This document shows positions 52,200 through 64,000 of a stretch of DNA of 64,000 nucleotides, one piece after another; within the stretch, counting starts at the first letter, position 1, and every line of letters starts with the position of its first letter. The translations under genes and the position numbers were made by a program. The notes under the pieces were generated by a model. The model was not told where the DNA came from. It worked only from the letters and a program-made list of their open reading frames with translations, and made no database searches. Source of the DNA: Octopus vulgaris (lineage: Eukaryota); assembly GCA_951406725.2 (NCBI GenBank), contig OX597815.1, positions 215,326,001 through 215,390,000 of the forward strand, read 5' to 3'.

Positions 52200-53900
52200 T
52201 CTTCTTTTTGTGCTATTATCTCGATGCTTCTACTCTTGTGGGACAATGAGGTAGTGCACCATCACCCTAAACAGTTTCTCTTTAACCTTTGACATGCTTT
52301 CTTCTGCTACTTTGAATTTCACTTATTTCTGCTGAGCTTTGGCCAATGACGGCAACATTTATTTGCCTTCAACCCTATTCTTGACCAACTAATTAATTAA
52401 TACAGTCTATTCAGAACTATTTGCATATCCTTTTGCTCTGTTGTTTGTGTTGTTATGTCATCCATTAATGTCGTCTTAGGGGACTTCACTCGAGTTATTT
52501 CTTCTGATCAATCTGCTGATCTAATAAACATTTCCATAACAAGTACAAACAAAATGACTGATATTGTGCAACCCACGGCAATTCCAGTCTCCAGACGATG
52601 CGAGTCTGTTGTGAAATATTCTGTCCTGAAGCGCATTTTGAAATTATTACAGCAACTCTTCATTAGATTCTTAATCTTTTCTCGTATATAAAAGACGTCC
52701 GTTGTTTTCAGCAACAATTCGTGTAGTACAGAACGATAAGCATTAACCTGATCAAGCCATACAACATTCAAATCGCTTTTGTTCTTCTTTGTATCTTGTA
52801 TCGCATCCCAGATTCAAAATGCAAGTTCCACACATTCAGGGATTCCTGTCTTCTCTCTTTTACTCTTTACTCTTTTATTTGTTTCAGTCAGTTGACTGTG
52901 GCCATGCTGGAGCACCGCCTTTAGTCGAGCATATCAACCCCAGGACTTATTCTTTGTAAGCCTGGTACTTATTCTATTGGTCTCTTTTGCTGAACAAATA
53001 AGTTACGGGGACGTAAACAAACCAGCATCGGTTGTCAAGTGATGCTGGGGGAACAAACACAGACACACAAACATATACACATACATATATATATATATAT
53101 ACATATATGCGACGGGTTTATTTCAGTTTCCGTCTACCAAATCCACTCAGAAGGCTTTGTTCGGTCCGAGGCTATAGTAGAAGACACTTGCCCAAGGTGC
53201 CACGCAGTGGGACTGAACCCGGAACCATGTGGTTTGTAAGCAAGCTACTTACCACACAGCCACTCGGACGCCTTCTGGATACTTTCCGTCCCATAACCAT
53301 TATTTTGGAGATATGTAGTTGATCTCTTAGCAAGTACACCCATGTAAATCTTGCCATCTTCGTTCACGGTTGGAATTGTTCTGAACTGGTCGGTCGATTT
53401 TCCTTTAGCTCCCTTTGATAAGTAAACTCCTTTTACCTTGCATCAGCCATCCAGTTCACCTTTATATCACAACTTTCAAAGTAGTAGGTAATACTTATAA
53501 CACAATTGGGTATAATGCTTGTACACTTTCCATAGTACACCATCCCCTCCTGGGGCACTCTTTGCTCTTGTCCTCATCCCTCAGCTATATACTTGCTTCT
53601 TACTGAAATCACCAAGCTGAAATATTTGATTGCTGGTTTCCTTGGTAATTTCAAACTGTCCATGAGTGGGAATGTTTGATTTCACTTTGTGTCAGTGTAG
53701 GACGCCCGTGTCAACCCGTCTCTTTGCATCTTTGTTGCATTTTAGCTTTCCACTCTTAGTATCTGCAAACTGTATCTGAGTAACCTCATATGGGTTCTTA
53801 GCAAGCTGCTCTCCATACCCTTTACTATCCTTTCCTGTTTCAACATGTCTCATATTTCTTTGAATAAGTTGAAAAGGAACGTTTAATTTTTTTGAGGACA
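52200..53900 (-). pseudogene. Degenerate Hero-like LINE, interrupted by a SINE
   Basis: WLDQVNAYRSV.H..ETGIAVGCTISVILFVLVMEM, homologous to the RT at 48366-48890. Confidence 0.7.
52850..53262 (-). mobile_element. SINE, same family as 6750-7337
   Basis: Full reverse-complement match including the tail (TCTTTTAC)n. Confidence 0.85.
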
Positions 53901-54634
53901 TGACAATCTTTCTAGAACATGTGCCACAATAAAATGCACCCAGGACCCTTTATAAAGAGGTCGATGTTAAGAAGGGCATACCACCATAGAAAGGCTGAAA
54001 TATTTTAGTGAGATGTGTTCCTCAACAAATGAAGTTGGGCAGTAATTCTCAATAAGAACTGACTTGGACAGTGACCACCCATGGGAATATGGAAATCATA
54101 AATGATGAAGGTCATATCATTGCATTGTATCTTCAAGCGAGAAAGAGAAATAAGGATTGTTTCATCAAGAAAGCAAAGTCTTCTGCTTGGATAAAGACAA
54201 TGTTTAGTGGATGTAATGATAGATTTAGTATCAGGGTGTTCACACTTGGAAGATATTTCATAGTAATTCTGCCAAATTATGAAAAGCATCTACCTAAACA
54301 ACCACAATAATAAACAGGAAAAATCATAATTTCCTCACTTGTTTACACTTGTTTACACTACATCACTTGTTTACACTACATCACTAGTTTCCTGTGGAAA
54401 TGATAAAATTACCTCTGTTGTGCCTTTTTAATCCATTATTACCAACTGTGCTTACCTCGATGGATATTTCATGACCTTTCAGTAATATCATATCTTTAAT
54501 ACAATTATTTTGCAGCTAATCTTTCAATTTGAGAGTAAGAATATAACCTATTTTCAGTTATTCTTTCAAGCACAATATGCCCAGGGTAAGTAAACTTTAT
54601 AGAAATCAATTGGGAACTGTTATTTTATACTCAC

Positions 54635-54706
54635 CACCTTGCTTGGATGTAGCCCCTAATAACTGTGCATCTGATTGAACTCCTTTGTCCTCAAACTTTG
54701 GAGACA
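54635..54706 (-). CDS. 72-nt linker exon (diverged duplicate of the first death-domain exon)
   Basis: CTCTTTCAG | ... | GTGAGT, phase 1-1, open: SPKFEDKGVQSDAQLLGATSKQG; flanking introns homologous to those around 51532-51603. Confidence 0.7.
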
Positions 54707-56312
54707 CTGAAAGAGATATTTCAAGGTAAAGTATACTAGCCATCTCAATATGGCTAACCACTAAGGGTGGGTGTTACTGTAGCTTGTAGCCCCAGGAGAT
54801 CATCGTCTCCAGCTGGCTTTAGGCACACTTTCTGTGCCCTTATGATATTTGCAAAGGGAGGTCATCCGTCTCTCGTCAACCTAAGTGATACGCACGGACT
54901 GCAGTTTCTAGGTATTTGCCTGTCTTCGATATTTCAAGGTTTTACATTTAATCGTATTTCTTTATTATAAATAAACTATATTCTTTTATTGTTAGACATT
55001 TCTATCACTAATGGTCAACTGGTGACACTGTGGGTTTGGTCAAGATTTTTATACTCTCTACAGTGACCCCATGTAATAATTCAGTATTTACGTCCACAAC
55101 GAAATTGACTGACTGTCCTAAATCTCCACTATCTATTAAGACATCATACATAATCTAACAATGTTACGGTTATTTCATTTAATTATCACTTGATAAAACT
55201 GTTTCCCCTTAGTTCTGTCTTTCTTTTTTTCTATCTGTGTCCAATGTATGACATATCATTGTTGTCTCACTTCTAGATTTCACTAACCAACATTCGTCTT
55301 ATCTTCTGCTTAATTGTAAAGTCAGGGAAGTTGGTCATCAAAGATCTAACCACAGACACAACAGACAACTTCAAGTAGGATAAACATACAACTCCTCTCT
55401 TTGTTAAACGTTGCTGCTGGTAATCATTAATTTTAACTGCCTGCATCACAGTTTAACAGGATGTCAAGTGAAATATTTGAAAACTCCCTAAAAAGTTTTT
55501 TTTTAAATGGTGAGCAATGAATAGTTTTACACAGGTGGAACGGAAAGTGATATCAGGTGTTCTAAAAGACATCACCTCATTAACAACTTATAAGAAACTG
55601 TTCATCCATATATTATTACAGTGAAAATAACTGAAATGATATACCTGAACAGGTTTTCAAGAAAATAGGGTATCTCTGTTGACCCTATTTTATACAGCAG
55701 TCAAAGTTTACCCACTCATTTGATGTTTCCTCTATGACTGTGGTGGACGTCCATGGTTTGAAAACCCAGTCACAAGTAAATTTGAGAACACAAAAGTTAC
55801 ACCATTAAATGACAGAGACTGTCTTTCAGATGCCAATATAAGAAGAACATTACGAGGAACATGTAACTCTACTTACATCCCACACCATCAACACTACTAT
55901 GCCATTTGTCCCTTATGCTAATTAAGATTAACTAATTAAAAAAGGTCATTATCATGCTTTATGAAATAGATTTAATTAGTGTCGCATATATAAAGAAATA
56001 TGTTTCACAACATACTGTTTGATACGGAATGAAAGCAGAACAATAACATCTGAACATTACTGGACGTTGGATGTCAATAATCCCAAATTGTAGGGATATG
56101 GTCCTATACCCAAGAAAACAATAGAAATCCATAGAGGGTAGCACAATGTAAAATCTTAGATGAGGGCAGAAGATGATGCTATGACAAAATAAGGTTACAT
56201 TTCAGAGGTAAAAGCATTGAGTACTGGTGTGGACGTAATCACCTTACCCACTGCCCCAAACTGGCTGGCATTAAGCTAACGTTTCAAATCAGTTTTCTTA
56301 TGCATATTACAG

Positions 56313-56505
56313 CGGGGAACTGGCAGAATCGTTAGCACATTGCCCCAAATGCTTAGAGGCATTTCTTGAGGTTTAATGTTCTGAGTTCGAATTCTGCCTT
56401 GGTTGACTTTGCTTTCATCCTTTAAGGGCGGATAAAATAAGCAGCAGTTGAGCACTGGGGGTGATTAAATTGAAATACCCCCTACATCGAGCTCTCTGGC
56501 CTTGT
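56313..56505 (+). mobile_element. SINE, same family as 164-365
   Basis: CTGGCAGAATCGTTAGC..GTTCTGAGTTCGAATTC..GACTTTGCTTTCATCC. Confidence 0.7.
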
Positions 56506-56869
56506 GTCAAAACTTTAAAATCAATATTCTTATACCGAGTTTATAATATATTTTTTGTTGTTTTATGACCCCAATATGTATTCAAATCAGAGATGTTCTT
56601 GGTAGATACCCCAGCGAGAAGCAACATGTTACGACAAATATCTCACTAGGCAACAACAACAACAACAACAATAACCTATCGGGAAACAGTGCCCAGGACT
56701 TGGGAGAGAAAGAACTAAAAACTTTCTCATCAACTCACCTGTTTACACACCATCAACAACATACTTTCCTGCCCTGTTCCAAAAGACAATATCAACTCTG
56801 TTGTGTCTTCTAATAAATCCATTTTACCAATCATGTTAACCTTGATTTTATGAAACTTCAGTAATATCT

Positions 56870-57285
56870 TTACTATTTTACTCTTTTACTTGTTTCAGTC
56901 ATTTGATCGTTGCCATGCTGGAGCACCGCCTTTAGTCAAGCAAATCGACCCCAGGACTTATTCGTCAAAAGCTTAGTACTTAATCTATCGGTCTCTTTTG
57001 CCGAACCGCTACGTTATGGGGACATAAACATACCAGCATCGGTTGTCAAGTGATGCTGGAGTGACAAACATAGGCACACAAACATATATACACACATACA
57101 TATATATATATCTATATATATATACATATATACGATGGGCTTCTTTCTGTTTCCGTCTACCAAATCCACTCTGAAGGCTTTGGTCGGCCCGAGGCTATAG
57201 TAGAAGACACTTGTCCAAGGTGCCATGCAGTGGGAATGAACCCGGAACCATGTGGTCGGTAAGCAAGCTACTTACCACACAGACA
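56870..57285 (-). mobile_element. SINE, same family as 6750-7337
   Basis: Reverse-complement match over its length. Confidence 0.85.
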
Positions 57286-57735
57286 CTCTTTAATAGAATT
57301 ACTTTACAGTTAAACTTTCAAAAAACGCAATTTTTTACATTATTGAGAGACATTCCTTCCCGGCAATGGTCAATTGGTAACCATTATGATTTTGGTCCAC
57401 ATTTTTCTAGTTTCTGTTCACCTGTTTACCCCTAAACAACAACATATCTTAGTTCTTGGTTCCAAAAGACAATATTAACTCTATTGTGTTTTCTAATTTA
57501 TCCAATTTTCCATCCATGGCAACAAAGATTTTATGAAATTTCAGCGATATATTTCATCGACTCCTTTTGCAGCTAACATTTCAAATGGAAATTAGAGATG
57601 GGCCCTGTTCTCAGTCCTTCTGACAAACAAAACAGCTCAGGGAGTGGAGAATTTATAGGAATCAGTTAGGTACATTGATTTCTATAAATTTTTCCATCGC
57701 TTGTGTTTTATGGAAACGAATTGGTCATAGCAAGT

Positions 57736-57945
57736 GGAGGCGCAGGGCTTAATGGTTAGGGTATTTGACTCATGATTGTAAGATTGGGGTTTCGATTCCT
57801 TCACCAGGCAATACGTTGCGTTCTTGAGCAAAACACTTCCGTTCACTCAGCTGGCAAAAATAAGTAATTTTACAGCGAATTAGTGTCCTGTTCAGGGAGG
57901 AATGTATACGCTAGAGAAACCGGGAAACCATCCCTATGCCTCTTA
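57736..57945 (+). mobile_element. Degenerate tRNA-derived SINE
   Basis: GGAGGCGCAGGGCTTAATGGTTAGG..GGTTTCGATTCC head similar to 6364; insertion relative to paralogous intron copies. Confidence 0.6.
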
Positions 57946-57983
57946 TGGGATAACATAATTAGGTACAGTTATTTCATACTCAC

Positions 57984-58034
57984 CAACTGGTCCTGCCACC
58001 ATCTGGACTTCCATATTTGACGAATTTGGACCAA
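57984..58034 (-). CDS. 51-nt linker exon (shortened duplicate of the first death-domain exon)
   Basis: ATTTTTCAG | ... | GTGAGT, phase 1-1, open: GPNSSNMEVQMVAGPV; paralogous flanking introns. Confidence 0.68.
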
Positions 58035-58489
58035 CTGAAAAATACATTTCAAAGTGGTTTTAGTAAAATTTCTTTATCCTTTCTAATAATCGATATTTTA
58101 TTATTGTGAGACATTCGTGTCATCACTGATGACAACATGCTTTTGGAGAACATTTGTATGCTTTCTACAGTGGGGCCAAGTAATGGTTCACTATTTGAGT
58201 CCACAACAGAATAGACTACACTTAACAACCCTTCTCTGTCTCTTAAGTCATCCAACAATTCTAACAATTCTGAAATTATCTCATTTAATTATCCCCTAAT
58301 AACCGATTGTCTCTTAGCTTCGTTTGGGTTTTCTTATATTTGTGCCAGATCTATGACAAGACATCTCTAATCAACATTCGTCTCATCTTCTGCTTAATTC
58401 CAGTGTCAACCAAGTTGAGCATCGAAGTCCTAGCCTCAAACACGACACACCACTTCCAGACGGATATATATCTATATCTATCTATTTGT

Positions 58490-59012
58490 TTTGCAAGATT
58501 TTTGATGTGAAATCGTGTGTTGAAACAGATATTGTTGTATTTAGGAATGGTCATTTTGCCAGTTTTGCGAATAAAAACACACGCACTATATATTTGGTGT
58601 TACATTGCTTCAGCGTTATTTATTTTTTACTTTAATCTTATTTCGGCCAGAGTTCTTTCCTCACACTCCTGTGACCTCATCAGTGGTCCTTTGCTTTCTT
58701 CTTTCTTATTTGTGTGTCTCTCCTTACTAACCATCAGCCCTTTTGTATTTTGTATTCCTATTGTACGTGTCCTCATTTGTGCATGCGTATACCTCTATGT
58801 GTGTCTATGTTTAGTTAGTGTGCGTGGGGGGTGAAGTGCCTGTAATATTTGTATCTTCTGTTTATATACGTACGTGTAATTTGTTTTTGTTTTTGGCCGA
58901 AGATTAAGATTAATATAAAAAATAAATAAGACTGAAGCAAAGTAACAGCAAATATATAGTGCATGTGTTTTTATTGGCTAAACTGGCAAAATGACCATTC
59001 CTAAATACAATA
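58490..59012 (-). mobile_element. Non-autonomous element with ~120-bp inverted repeat and hammerhead-like motif (Penelope pLTR-like)
   Basis: 58529-58650 is the inverted repeat of 58890-59012; minus strand GGACCA-CTGATGA-GGTCAC..GTGAG-GAAA-GAACTC-TGGCC at 58645-58689. Confidence 0.55.
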
Positions 59013-59030
59013 TATCTATCTATTTATCTA

Positions 59031-59146
<116 letters not shown>

Positions 59147-59960
59147 CCTGCTCTCTTTGTTATTGGTTACTACTAGTAATCTTTAATCTTAATTACCCAC
59201 ATCACAGTTCTCCAGAATGTAATCAGATGTGGGGAAATATCTGAAGATATTTCAATGTCATTCATCCTCCTGAATAAAGCAGGTCGAAAAGAAAGTGACA
59301 TCAGGTCTAACAGGAAGTGATATCTCGTGTCCTAAATTAACACACTACATTCACACAGAACCTCATTAACGACATAAAACTTGTCAACCAAACATTATTG
59401 CTGTGAAAATATTTGAAACGGTTCAGAAGAACTGATACTCAGGAATACTAATCTATACATCAATCAAAGTTTCCCACCCTTTTGATGTCCCCTCTCTAAA
59501 GTTGTTCCCTAAACCCTCAGTTGAGATTTTCTTATTGAGTCTCCTATTTTATAAAGGCTCACTCTGATATTCATATAAATGCAGTTGTTTTTAATTATCA
59601 GCTTCCGAAGATATTGATAAATCATTAATCACTCTAATCACACACAAGATGTCGGTGTTTACTGATAGAACCTTGGTGATTTATTGGCATTTAGTCACCA
59701 TTTATAATTCAGTATTCTTTATTATTTTTATGTTGCAGAAAGTAACCATCTTGAAGTGTGACAAGTCTTCCAATTGGACAAGAACAATGTTTAGTGGGAG
59801 TAGTGAGAGATATAATATGACAGAGAAAAGACACCTGGAACATCTTTTATCAAAAGTGTGCTTGATTAACGCAAAACTGGATCTACACAACAACATGAGA
59901 TACAATATTCCACACCATAAAGCCTATGAGACAAACAGACAGATCATACAGTATTCTTAC

Positions 59961-60103
59961 CCAAACTATTTTTGCTCGTTATATTCTGTCTACACATAGG
60001 GCATCGTTTAGGTATCTTTGGGAGACAGCATTTCTTACACAGCGAAAGATGTTTACATGGAAAGAACGTCTCTGTGGCCACTTCGTCTTCACAAAACACA
60101 CAT
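59961..60103 (-). CDS. 143-nt exon encoding a C3HC4 (RING-HC) finger
   Basis: TTTTTGTTCCTCAG | ... | GTAAGA; CVFC..FFPCKH..CKKC..CPMCR, the spacing of IAP/Mind bomb-type RINGs; phase-1 donor is in frame with the downstream exons. Confidence 0.88.
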
Positions 60104-60307
60104 CTGAGGAACAAAAACATGAACACATCCCATTAATAACATTCATTTATAACAAATATTACATTGTGTGCATATTTACAGTAGAGAATATTATGCGACA
60201 CCACAATTAAACAATTACATATGGGCGAATTTGTGTGTATATAAATGCATACACAGACACACACACAAACACACGCACAAACACACACACACACATAGAC
60301 ACACACA

Positions 60308-60367
<60 letters not shown>

Positions 60368-60504
60368 AATGGACACAAATATTAATAAATATATGTCATA
60401 ACATTGATACATCACAAAAAGTGATTTACGCAAAGTGAACAACATATATTCCAGAAATATAATTCACTTATATACATACACATACACATACATACATACA
60501 TACA

Positions 60505-60532
<28 letters not shown>

Positions 60533-60535
<3 letters not shown>

Positions 60536-60777
60536 GTTTAGATGGGCTGGACACATCGCCCAGCTCACCGAAAATCTGTGGACACGCGCAGATGTCGAGT
60601 GGTACCCGCGTGAGCGGAAACGACCACCCGGAAGGCCTCCACGTCGGTGGAGTAACGATTTCAGGAGGACAATTGGGATCACGCGGATGAGGAAGGCGCG
60701 ATCCAGAGAGGAGTGGACAGTGTGCTGTGACCAGCGGTGTCAAACGGATGCCTGACGGACTAGTCGGTCAAGGTGAT
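60533..60777 (+). mobile_element. 5'-truncated RTE LINE tail
   Basis: RWAGHIA..W.PRERKRPPGRP.RRW..ARSREEW. Confidence 0.8.
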
Positions 60778-60842
60778 ATATATGTATGTATGAATATATG
60801 TATGAACGTATGTATATATATGTATATATATGTATATATATG

Positions 60843-60886
<44 letters not shown>

Positions 60887-61296
60887 GACATACATACATA
60901 CATACATACGTACGTACGTACATACATACATGCATACATACATGCATACATATAACACTTGATTGTATCTAATCTGTTTAACAAGTCGTCTATACTTAGA
61001 CATTTGACTTTGAATTTTATGGATGGACAGATAGGACACAATTCCTACAGCTTCATGTATGGCTGATCCATGCCACAAAACAGGTCATTGTTCTAAATTA
61101 GAGTAATGACTTTAGATTTATATACGATATGTGTGTACATAACCAGGGAATTATTTTCAAAAGTGATGAGTTGAATGCAGTAAATGTCATGTTTCCATCT
61201 GCCATCACTGCACCACAAACTTCAGATTGATCTCAGGTCATTACAAGGTACAGTGTTATTCAATGACTGAAAGACTGTGAGAAATAGTTCAACTAC

Positions 61297-61344
61297 CTGA
61301 TTGGTCCCTTCAGTGCCTGGTCCATGCGTCTTCCTCCACCATGG
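61297..61344 (-). CDS. Possible 48-nt exon upstream of the RING exon
   Basis: Acceptor TTTATTCCACAG, weak donor AG|GTAGTT; phase 2-2, HGGGRRMDQALKGPI(R) reads in frame into the RING exon. Confidence 0.4.
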
Positions 61345-61656
61345 CTGTGGAATAAATAGCAAGATACATTTCGTTACACAGAGACACTCTAATTTACAGT
61401 AGAGAATATTATGCGACGCCACAATTAAACAATTACATATGGGCGAATTTGTGAGTATATAAATGCAGACACAGACACACAGACACAGACACAGACACAC
61501 AGACACAGATACACACACACACACACACACATACACACACATATATATATATATAAATGGACACAAATATTAATAAGTATATGTCATGACATTGTTACAT
61601 CACAAAAACTGATTTACACAAAGTGAACAACATATATTCCAGAAATATAATTCACT

Positions 61657-61687
<31 letters not shown>

Positions 61688-61774
61688 CCGAGTCAGTCTC
61701 CATGATAGATTGTTAGCCGCTACACACATTTTTTTCTCTCCTTGTTTCTATCCTTGTTTTTTTTTTCCGTGTCC

Positions 61775-61810
61775 CTTTCTGTAGAAGAGCGAAGGCTCGA
61801 AACGTAAAAG
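61775..61810 (+). ncRNA. Minimal hammerhead-like motif with altered core
   Basis: CTTT-CTGTAGA-A-GAGC-GAAG-GCTC-GAAA-CGTA-AAAG; stems pair, core deviates from CTGANGA. Confidence 0.4.
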
Positions 61811-61871
61811 ACTTTTTCTATTCCTTCAATACCACCTGTCATCGTCTTTTGTTTTTTTCGTAAACTCTCCC

Positions 61872-61929
<58 letters not shown>

Positions 61930-61975
61930 TGTGTGTGTGTGCGTATATGTATATATATATATATATACATATACG

Positions 61976-62015
<40 letters not shown>

Positions 62016-63483
62016 CACGGGGGGAAATAAATATTCGTAATGTCAAAATTCTTTCTTTATTTAATTTCTAATGAACATAAATGGGATATACCACTATTAT
62101 ATATTTGCATACAGATGCATAAACTAAGAATATGCAAAAGAAACTAATAAATTATAGTAACTAAGGAATTTATATACAATTATAAATATTTAGGGGTGAA
62201 AAAAGTATTCGTTCAGAATATAAATAACTGATAATTTTGATTTAATACTTCGTAGCATAACCATTATTCAGTTCCACTTCAACCAATATCTTCTTGTAGT
62301 TCTTCACCAATGACTCGCATGTTTCTTTAGGAATTTTTTCCTATTCTTCTTGACAAATTTTCTTCAAATCTGTAATGCATGTTGGGGCTCTTGAATTTCA
62401 GTTTTCAAATAACGCCACAAATTTTCAATGGGGTTCAAGTCAGGTGACAGGCTTGGCCATTACAATAATTTTATATTGTGATTGACAATCCATATTTGGT
62501 AGACTTCACCGTGTGCTTGTAAAACCCACCCTTCACAAAGCTGGAGCTTTTCAACAGAGTCCCATAAATTATTGTTCAAAATATTTTGGTACATCTCTGC
62601 ATTCATTCTACCATCTATCACATGTAAATTGCCAGTACCATTTGCAGAGAAACACCCCCACACCTCCAATCTTTACGGTAGGAATTGTGTTTTTACTCCA
62701 AACATGGGTAAGCGAATTTCGTCCAAACAATTCAATTTTCGTCTCGTCTGTCCATAGAACATTTTCCCAGAATGTATCAGATTTATCTTTATGTTCATAA
62801 CAAATTTTAAACAGGCATCTCTATGCCTTTTAGTCAACAGAGGAGTTTTTCTAGGAGAGCGTGACTTCAGTTCATTCCTATGAAAACTCCTTTCTGGTGA
62901 TTATTGCGTTTTTTTCCGATTCTTCGCTTCATTTTTCTTAAAGATCTTGGGGAAATCTTGCGTGGTGCTCCGGATCTTATTCTGTTTTCAACAGTTCCCG
63001 ACTCCTTATATCTTTGAATAAATGAAGATATGGTAGTAAGCGGAATACAAAGTGTCTCTGATATTTTTCTGTAACTTTTACCTACTTTCTACAGTTCAAT
63101 AATTAAGTTTTTCACTGAATTTGTGAGTTCTTTACTTTTCGCCATTATTGCGATATTACTTTATGTTGTCTCAGTGCTGAATGAAGAAGCTAGTGTTTTG
63201 ACACTCAAAAATGAAAACTGATAAGATTATTGGAATAAACAAGAAATTTCTAGTAAAAAAATATTTTAACAGTATTTTGTGGCATAGAAAATCATACATT
63301 TATTCTGTACGAATACTTTTTTCACCCCTAAATATTTATGATTGTATATAAATTCATTAGTTACTATAATTTATTAGTTTCTTTTGCATATTCTTAGTTT
63401 ATGCATGTGTATGTGAATATAGTATTGGTATATCCCATTTATGTTCATTAGAAATTAAATAAAGAATTTTGACAGACGAATAT
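62016..63483 (-). mobile_element. Tc1-like transposon with ~200-bp IR/DR termini, degraded
   Basis: 62016-62220 is inverted to 63301-63483 (outer right end lost in microsatellite); transposase 63145-62242: MAKSKEL.., RSGAPRK, WTDETKIELFG, VWGCFS, SPDLNPIENLW. Confidence 0.9.
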
Positions 63484-63493
63484 GTATGTATAT

Positions 63494-63605
<112 letters not shown>

Positions 63606-64000
63606 ATCTATGTATGCATGTATAAATACATATGTATGTATGTATTCATGTATGTACACTAATTGTATGTGTTTGTAGGCGATTTTCTCAGGATAGCTCA
63701 CATGGACATGACTGGCTGGGACAGAGAAGACAGAGGAACAATCTGTTGGTAGACAGATAAATTCCATCACTTCACTATTTACTTCTACATTTCCTCATTG
63801 GTCCCAAATCTTTAAAATAGGGAACTGAGAGGGGTGGGTGGGGATTTTAGGATTTTAGGAGAGGTATAAAGTCAACACAACCAATCATTTGAATGTAATC
63901 AAAATAATGTTCTTTCTTTTAATTATCTTAACATCTGCATATTGTTTATTGTTCTTCTTACTGCTGTTGTCTAACCTTTCCTTAAGCCACTAAGACAGTA

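Noticed and set aside
60950-61090. ORF WHGSAIHEAVG.. as an ankyrin-like exon
   Set aside because: No convincing splice donor or phase match, and it runs into microsatellite
63680-63830. Possible additional upstream exon of the RING-death domain gene
   Set aside because: Candidate AG/GT sites exist but give no recognisable peptide or unambiguous frame

Overview
AT-rich, microsatellite-dense animal genomic DNA. The SINE families and repeat mix resemble an octopod cephalopod (inference, not verified). Most of the window is transposable elements, many nested: RTE, two R4/Dong, two Tx1/L1, two CR1-like and two Hero/R2-type LINEs, Penelope-like remnants, Mariner, Tc1, MULE and Helitron DNA elements, and several tRNA-derived SINEs. 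Two things stand out. (1) At 3855-6268 a non-coding ~533-bp unit is repeated in tandem and then inverted. Each unit carries a type I hammerhead ribozyme fold (5 copies), so this is a candidate retrozyme / Penelope-type circular-RNA element. More degenerate hammerheads occur in other Penelope-like remnants. (2) On the minus strand (~61344 to ~49186) lies the spliced 3' half of a host gene encoding a C3HC4 RING finger followed by a death domain. Its linker is built from diverged tandem duplicates of the first death-domain exon. All calls come from reading the sequence by eye; no database searches were run and element boundaries are approximate unless stated.
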